A stretch of DNA of 54,066 nt from Chiloscyllium plagiosum (lineage: Eukaryota): the NCBI RefSeq assembly GCF_004010195.1, contig NC_057719.1, positions 54,801,844 through 54,855,909 on the forward strand, written 5' to 3'. Each line of letters opens with the position of its first letter. Position 1 is the stretch's first letter. This document shows, piece after piece, positions 49,245 to 54,066 of this stretch. The notes under the pieces were generated by a model. It worked only from the letters and a program-made list of their open reading frames with translations. It was not told the DNA's origin and did not search any database. The position numbers and the translations under genes are program-made.

Positions 49245-50095
49245 TAGGTCATAAAATGTGAGTGTTGTTGTCTCAGTCAGCATTTATTGCCTATCCCTAA
49301 TTGACTCTGAAATGTGATGTTGAGCTCATTTCCTGAACTATTGCACTTCACCAAGAGATAGGCATACCAAAACGTTGTTAAGAAGGGAATTCCTGGATTC
49401 TGAAATGGAAATAGCAAAGGGGAAATGATATAACTCCAGATCAGGATGACATGTGGCTTGGAGAGGATCTTACTGGTGTACTCATGCATCTGCAGCCTTT
49501 GCCCTTCTAAATGGTAGAGTTTTGCAGGTTTGGAAGTACCAATAAAGGAACCTTGGTGTCTTGCTGCAATGCATACTGCAGATGGCACACACAGCTGCCA
49601 CTGAACATCATTGGAGGAGGGAGCAAAATGTGAAGGATACGTTTGGGCTGCCAGTCAAGTGCTCTGCTTGATCCTGGATTGTACCAAACTTCTTGAGGGT
49701 TGTTGGAGCTATACTCATTCAAGTAAGTGAGGAATATCCTGTCACATTTCTGAGTTGCATCTTTTCGATGATGAACAGGCCTTGGGGACAGAAAATGAGT
49801 TATCCTCTGTTGAATTCCCAACCCGTCACATGCTCTTTCAGCTATAGTATTTATATGACTGGAACAGAGAGTTTCTGATCAATAGTCATCCCATGAATGT
49901 TGATAGGGGTTCAGCCATGGTAATGCCAATGATCAACTTGTTATTGTTGTTATCATTGTTTTGCCCTTGGACATCATGAATGCTACTTGTCACTAATCAG
50001 CTCAGGTCTTGCCTGTATTTGGACATGCTGCTTTAGTATCTAGGAGATCAAGAATGGTGCAGAACATGATGCAATCATCACTGAACATCTCAACA
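49245..50095 (-). mobile_element. Second LINE family 3' fragment
   Basis: cagcatttattgcctatccctaattg..gggaattcctggattctga..tgcagatggcacacacagctgccactg; homologous to 18060-18630. Confidence 0.75.
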
Positions 50096-51279
50096 AGATA
50101 GGTGAGTGAAGTGAAAATTATCCCATCCGAACGTCTTTTCCAAATAGAGAAAGGCTATTTTCTGTGGTTGGGTGGTCAGTGATGATCACCTATAATTTAA
50201 AGAAACCAATAAAAGAATGAGTTCAGGAGGATTGCCTTTACACAAAAGATTAATGGAGTTTGGAGTACAAACACATATAGTAACATATGAAAAAAAACTG
50301 ACCAGAAAAGAACCAATTGAGTTATCCAGATACCCACACAAATATGTCTTTTGCATCACAATATATTCACTTTCCATCCATCCAGCACCATGAAAGCTAA
50401 TGGAAGAGGTGAAGAAACGGGATATGTAAAAAACAAGGAAATGTTCTGGTTGTCCTATGTATCCAGTTTCAGTTCAGCATGCTGAGACATTGATGTCACA
50501 AAGAGGGATCCAAGTTTTAGTTCACTGAGAACTCTGGCCAGTGTTATCCATCCCATCAGCAAAACCTTTCCTGACCCACCAGCTGCAATGTTGCACTCGA
50601 ACCTTGTCATCTGACATCTAAGGAAAGGCCTAGCAAAGCTTTGAGGAAACCTATTCTGTTCAGATCTATCGTTTCCAATAGAAGCAGCAGAAATCTTAAC
50701 AAAAGGTTATCCTAACCAGGGAAGAGAGCACGACTTATAAAAAATAGAAGTATTTCTGAACATAGTCAATGTGTTCTCCTGGAATAAATGTTAATATTCC
50801 ATGCCTTTTCTCATTCAACTTTCATCTTGCTTTTGCCTCCGCAGGGAGATTACGTGAATGTGGTAGATAAATATGATGATGCTTCCCAGATCATACCATT
50901 GCAGACAGGCTTAATGAACTGGATGTTTGTAAGCAATCGTTTCTGGGGTCAGTCACCGTTCCCTCTTAATAGTTTCAGACCTCATACTGATACAAAAGAC
51001 AACATTATTGGGATAATTCCTGTAATTTAAAGATTCAGTGCAAATATGCAATATAACCAATCTAGTGCCAAGAATTTAAGTCTCCTGCTCAACATTGGGA
51101 AAGTTATAATCGATTATGAGCAGAGAATAAAGTGTTGGGGAAAACCTCCATGATAAATTTAAAACTATTTAAAATTTTATTAAATGCATGATAATTAAAA
51201 AAAATAATTAATTCCCACAAGAATAAAGCTCCACTGAAAATGCATAACTATGGCTAACTAGAGTGTCCATTGAAAATTG

Positions 51280-52520
51280 TGGAGAACTAAGGGTCTAATG
51301 AGAGAGAGGACCTGAAGTAATAAAGAGAAAGTGCTGACACTAAATACTATCAAATCCCCTGAACCACATGAACATACAAATTAATGAACAAGAGTAGGCC
51401 ATTCAGCCCTTCAAGCCTGCTCCAGTATTCAATAAGATCATGGCTGATCTGATTTTAGCATCAAATGGGTGACCTTATAGAGGTCTATAAAATCGTGAGA
51501 GGCATGGATAGGATAAATAGACATAGTCTTTTTCCTGGGGTGGGGCAGTCCAGAACTAGAGGGTATAGGTTTAGGGTGAGAGGGGGAATACATAAAAAAG
51601 ACCTAAGGGGGCAACCTTTTCACGCAGAGGGTGGTACATGTATGGAATGAGGTGCCAGAGGAAGTGCCGAAGGCTGTTACAATTGCAACATTTAAAAGGC
51701 ATCTGAATGGATATATGAATGGGAAGAGTTTGGGCGGCCATGGGTTGGGTGCTGGTAGGTGGGACTAGGTTGGGTTGGGATATCTGGTTGGCATGGACAA
51801 GTTAGGCTGAAGGGTCTGTTTTCATGCTGAACATCTCTATGACTCTATGACTCTTTAACTCTACATTCCTGCATATCACCAATAATCTTTCACCCCTTTG
51901 ATAATCAAGAATCGATCTACCTTGGCCTTAAGCATTCTTAAAAATTCAGCATTCACAATCTATTGAGGAAGGAAATTTCAAAGAGTCACAACTCTGAAGG
52001 GAAAAAAGATGTTTGTCATCTCCATCTTAAATGAGCATTCCTTTGTTTTTAAAACTATGGTTCCCATTCTAGATTTTTCAACAAAAGGAAACACTGTGCT
52101 GACATCCATCCAGTCAAGTCTCCGCAGGATCTTATATGTTTCAATTAAGTCAACTTTGACACTTCTCCAGAAGGTACAGGCCTAGCCTCTATAGTCTTTC
52201 CTCAAAAGGTAACCCACTCATTCCAAGTATTAGCCTAGTGAATCTTCTCTGAACTGCTTCTAATGTATTAGCATCCATCCCTAAGTACAGTGACCAGTAC
52301 TGTACACAATACCCCTGACGGCCTACAGCCTGGAGTTTTAAAATAAGTGATTACAGTAATAGTGATTCTATTGATTTTGATTTCCAAAATTCCTTTCTCT
52401 CGATAATGGTCGCAGTGGATTGGAAGGAAGCAACTGTAACCCCGCTATTAAAGAAACTCAGAGATATAATGGGAAACTACAGGTTAGATAAGCCTATATT
52501 GGCAGGAATGAAAATGATAC
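51280..52520. mobile_element. Triple-nested CR1 cluster
   Basis: Outer + copy (about 51280-51365 + 52314-52520), middle - copy (about 51366-51464 + 51855-52313), inner + copy 51465-51854 with (ctatgact)n tail. Confidence 0.8.
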
Positions 52521-53164
52521 AATCTATACAATAATAAACAATTGCTTGGTGGTACAGCTCTTGAATATTCCTGAAAAGAGAAAGATGTTGTTGAAAAGCT
52601 TTGGGCAAGTAATTTTGGAAATTCACAAAAAAAGTGAGGCAGAGTAAAGATGCATTTATGCAAGGAATAACGTAAGCAGAACTGAGACCTTGAGAGTGTG
52701 ATTGCAGGCCACAAGATGGAAATGGAATCAAATATTGTGCATTGTAAAACTGGGTGCAATGCCAGCAGAGCCATTCTAGACATCTACCTTCCTCCACCTA
52801 CCCAAAGTTATCAGCAATGAGGGTGATCTTGGGCTGCTATTCCTCTGTGGATCAAATGAGATTCTTACGTGGCCAGTTACTAATCAGGTAAGGGTCTCCT
52901 GTGCTTGTGTTCTGGCAGAAAAGACTAGTTCCAAATGTCCAGCCAACCAGGTGAAACCTGGCCAGGCAAGGATGTGGGGAGCAACTCTTTCTTGGGTGCC
53001 TGGTGCACTCCCAGTATGGATTCATCCCACTGCATTCCCCATCAATCTTCCAAGCCTTTTCAACCCAGTCCTTTAACCATCTCGTGCCCCTGTTCAATAC
53101 CTGACAGCCTGGTCTTTGTGAGATCCTGGATTTACAATAAAATCTGGATTTCATGGCAGCTTAC

Positions 53165-53375
53165 TTCCCTCGGGATCCACATGAACCTGGAGGAAAATTC
53201 AATTGAAGCATTCAAGAGGGCAATGGATGATTATTTGGATAGAAATAGTGCGCAAGGTTATGGCAAAATACAGGAGATTGGCGATAGGTAATGACGTTCA
53301 TTGGAAGAGTGGTACAGGCATGATTGGCCGAATGGCCTCCCTCTTCACTGTAACAATTCTGTGATTCTGTGATAC
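53165..53375 (+). mobile_element. CR1 3' tail
   Basis: caattgaagcattcaagagggcaattg-like segment..ggccgaatggcctcc..ctgtaacaattctgtgattctgtga. Confidence 0.8.
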
Positions 53376-53954
53376 AGTCCAGCAGGGGGCACCATACCCA
53401 GGGTGCAGTCATGTCAAGAGCACTGCTGGCCATCAGATTGCTTAGCAGCTCTCAGAGATAAACGTTCTCACTGATGGGATTGAGACATTCATCTTAAAAA
53501 GTCCAAGGGCCATTGAGTGTTGCAGGGTGAACTAGTCAAGTGGGGATGAGCTTGACCCCGCGACCTTGTAAGGCACAGAGCCCAACCACAGCATAAAATC
53601 AGCCCCTCGCCCCGTGTCTAAAAAAAATGTCTATCTCTGATTTAAATATACTCAATAATGGAGCCCTAACAGTCCTCTGGGTAAAAGAATTGCAAAAGAT
53701 CCTTCAAACCTCCATCCATATTTCTCCCTTGTACTGAGACTGTGTCTCCTGTTTCTACTTACTCAAACATAACTTGCTTCAATTTGTCAGCTTACGTTTA
53801 CATAATGGCTCACAATCACAGAGAAGTTCATAAAACATTTACGTGAACATTGGCAAAAGTAGTTTTCTGTTTGTTAAGTTTTGAATTAAACCAAAATTTT
53901 ATTGACTATGAAGCAAATTAGGGCAGCTAAATTAATTGATACAGAATATTATTG

Positions 53955-54066
53955 AGGAGAAAGTGAGGTCTGCAGATGCTGGAGATCAGAGCTGGAAATG
54001 TGTTGCTGGAAAAGCGCAGCAGGTCAGGCAGCATCCAGGGAACAGGAGAATCGACGTTTCGGGCAT
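53955..54066 (-). mobile_element. Penelope-like tail, cut by window end
   Basis: ggagaaagtgaggtctgcagatgctggag..aggtcaggcagcatcc..gagaatcgacgtttcgggcat; same family as 1-160. Confidence 0.88.

Noticed and set aside
1..54066. CRISPR array, rRNA or prokaryotic operon
   Set aside because: No regularly spaced repeats or long ORFs; content is vertebrate interspersed repeats.

Overview
Repeat-dense, apparently gene-free vertebrate DNA, almost certainly from a cartilaginous fish. That assignment is inferred from the HE1-type tRNA SINEs, their partner CR1/HER1-type LINEs and SacSINE1-like DeuSINEs. I found no intact host CDS; the ORF track is almost all retroelement fragments or chance ORFs. The window holds many decayed CR1 LINEs (several nested), a second CR1/L2-type LINE family, one RTE-clade LINE, a Ty3/Gypsy RNase H fragment, PIF/Harbinger transposase and Myb/SANT fossils, possible solo LTRs and a 367-N assembly gap. 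The most striking signal is a dense set of Penelope-like element (PLE) derivatives: two GIY-YIG-bearing remnants plus about ten short PLE 3' tails from several sub-families. The tails carry minimal hammerhead-ribozyme cores (CTGATGA-stem II-GAAA). Four are long near-perfect palindromes folding back at the ribozyme, and five have 13-15 bp target-site duplications. All family names come from motif recognition, not database searches, and boundaries of old elements are approximate.
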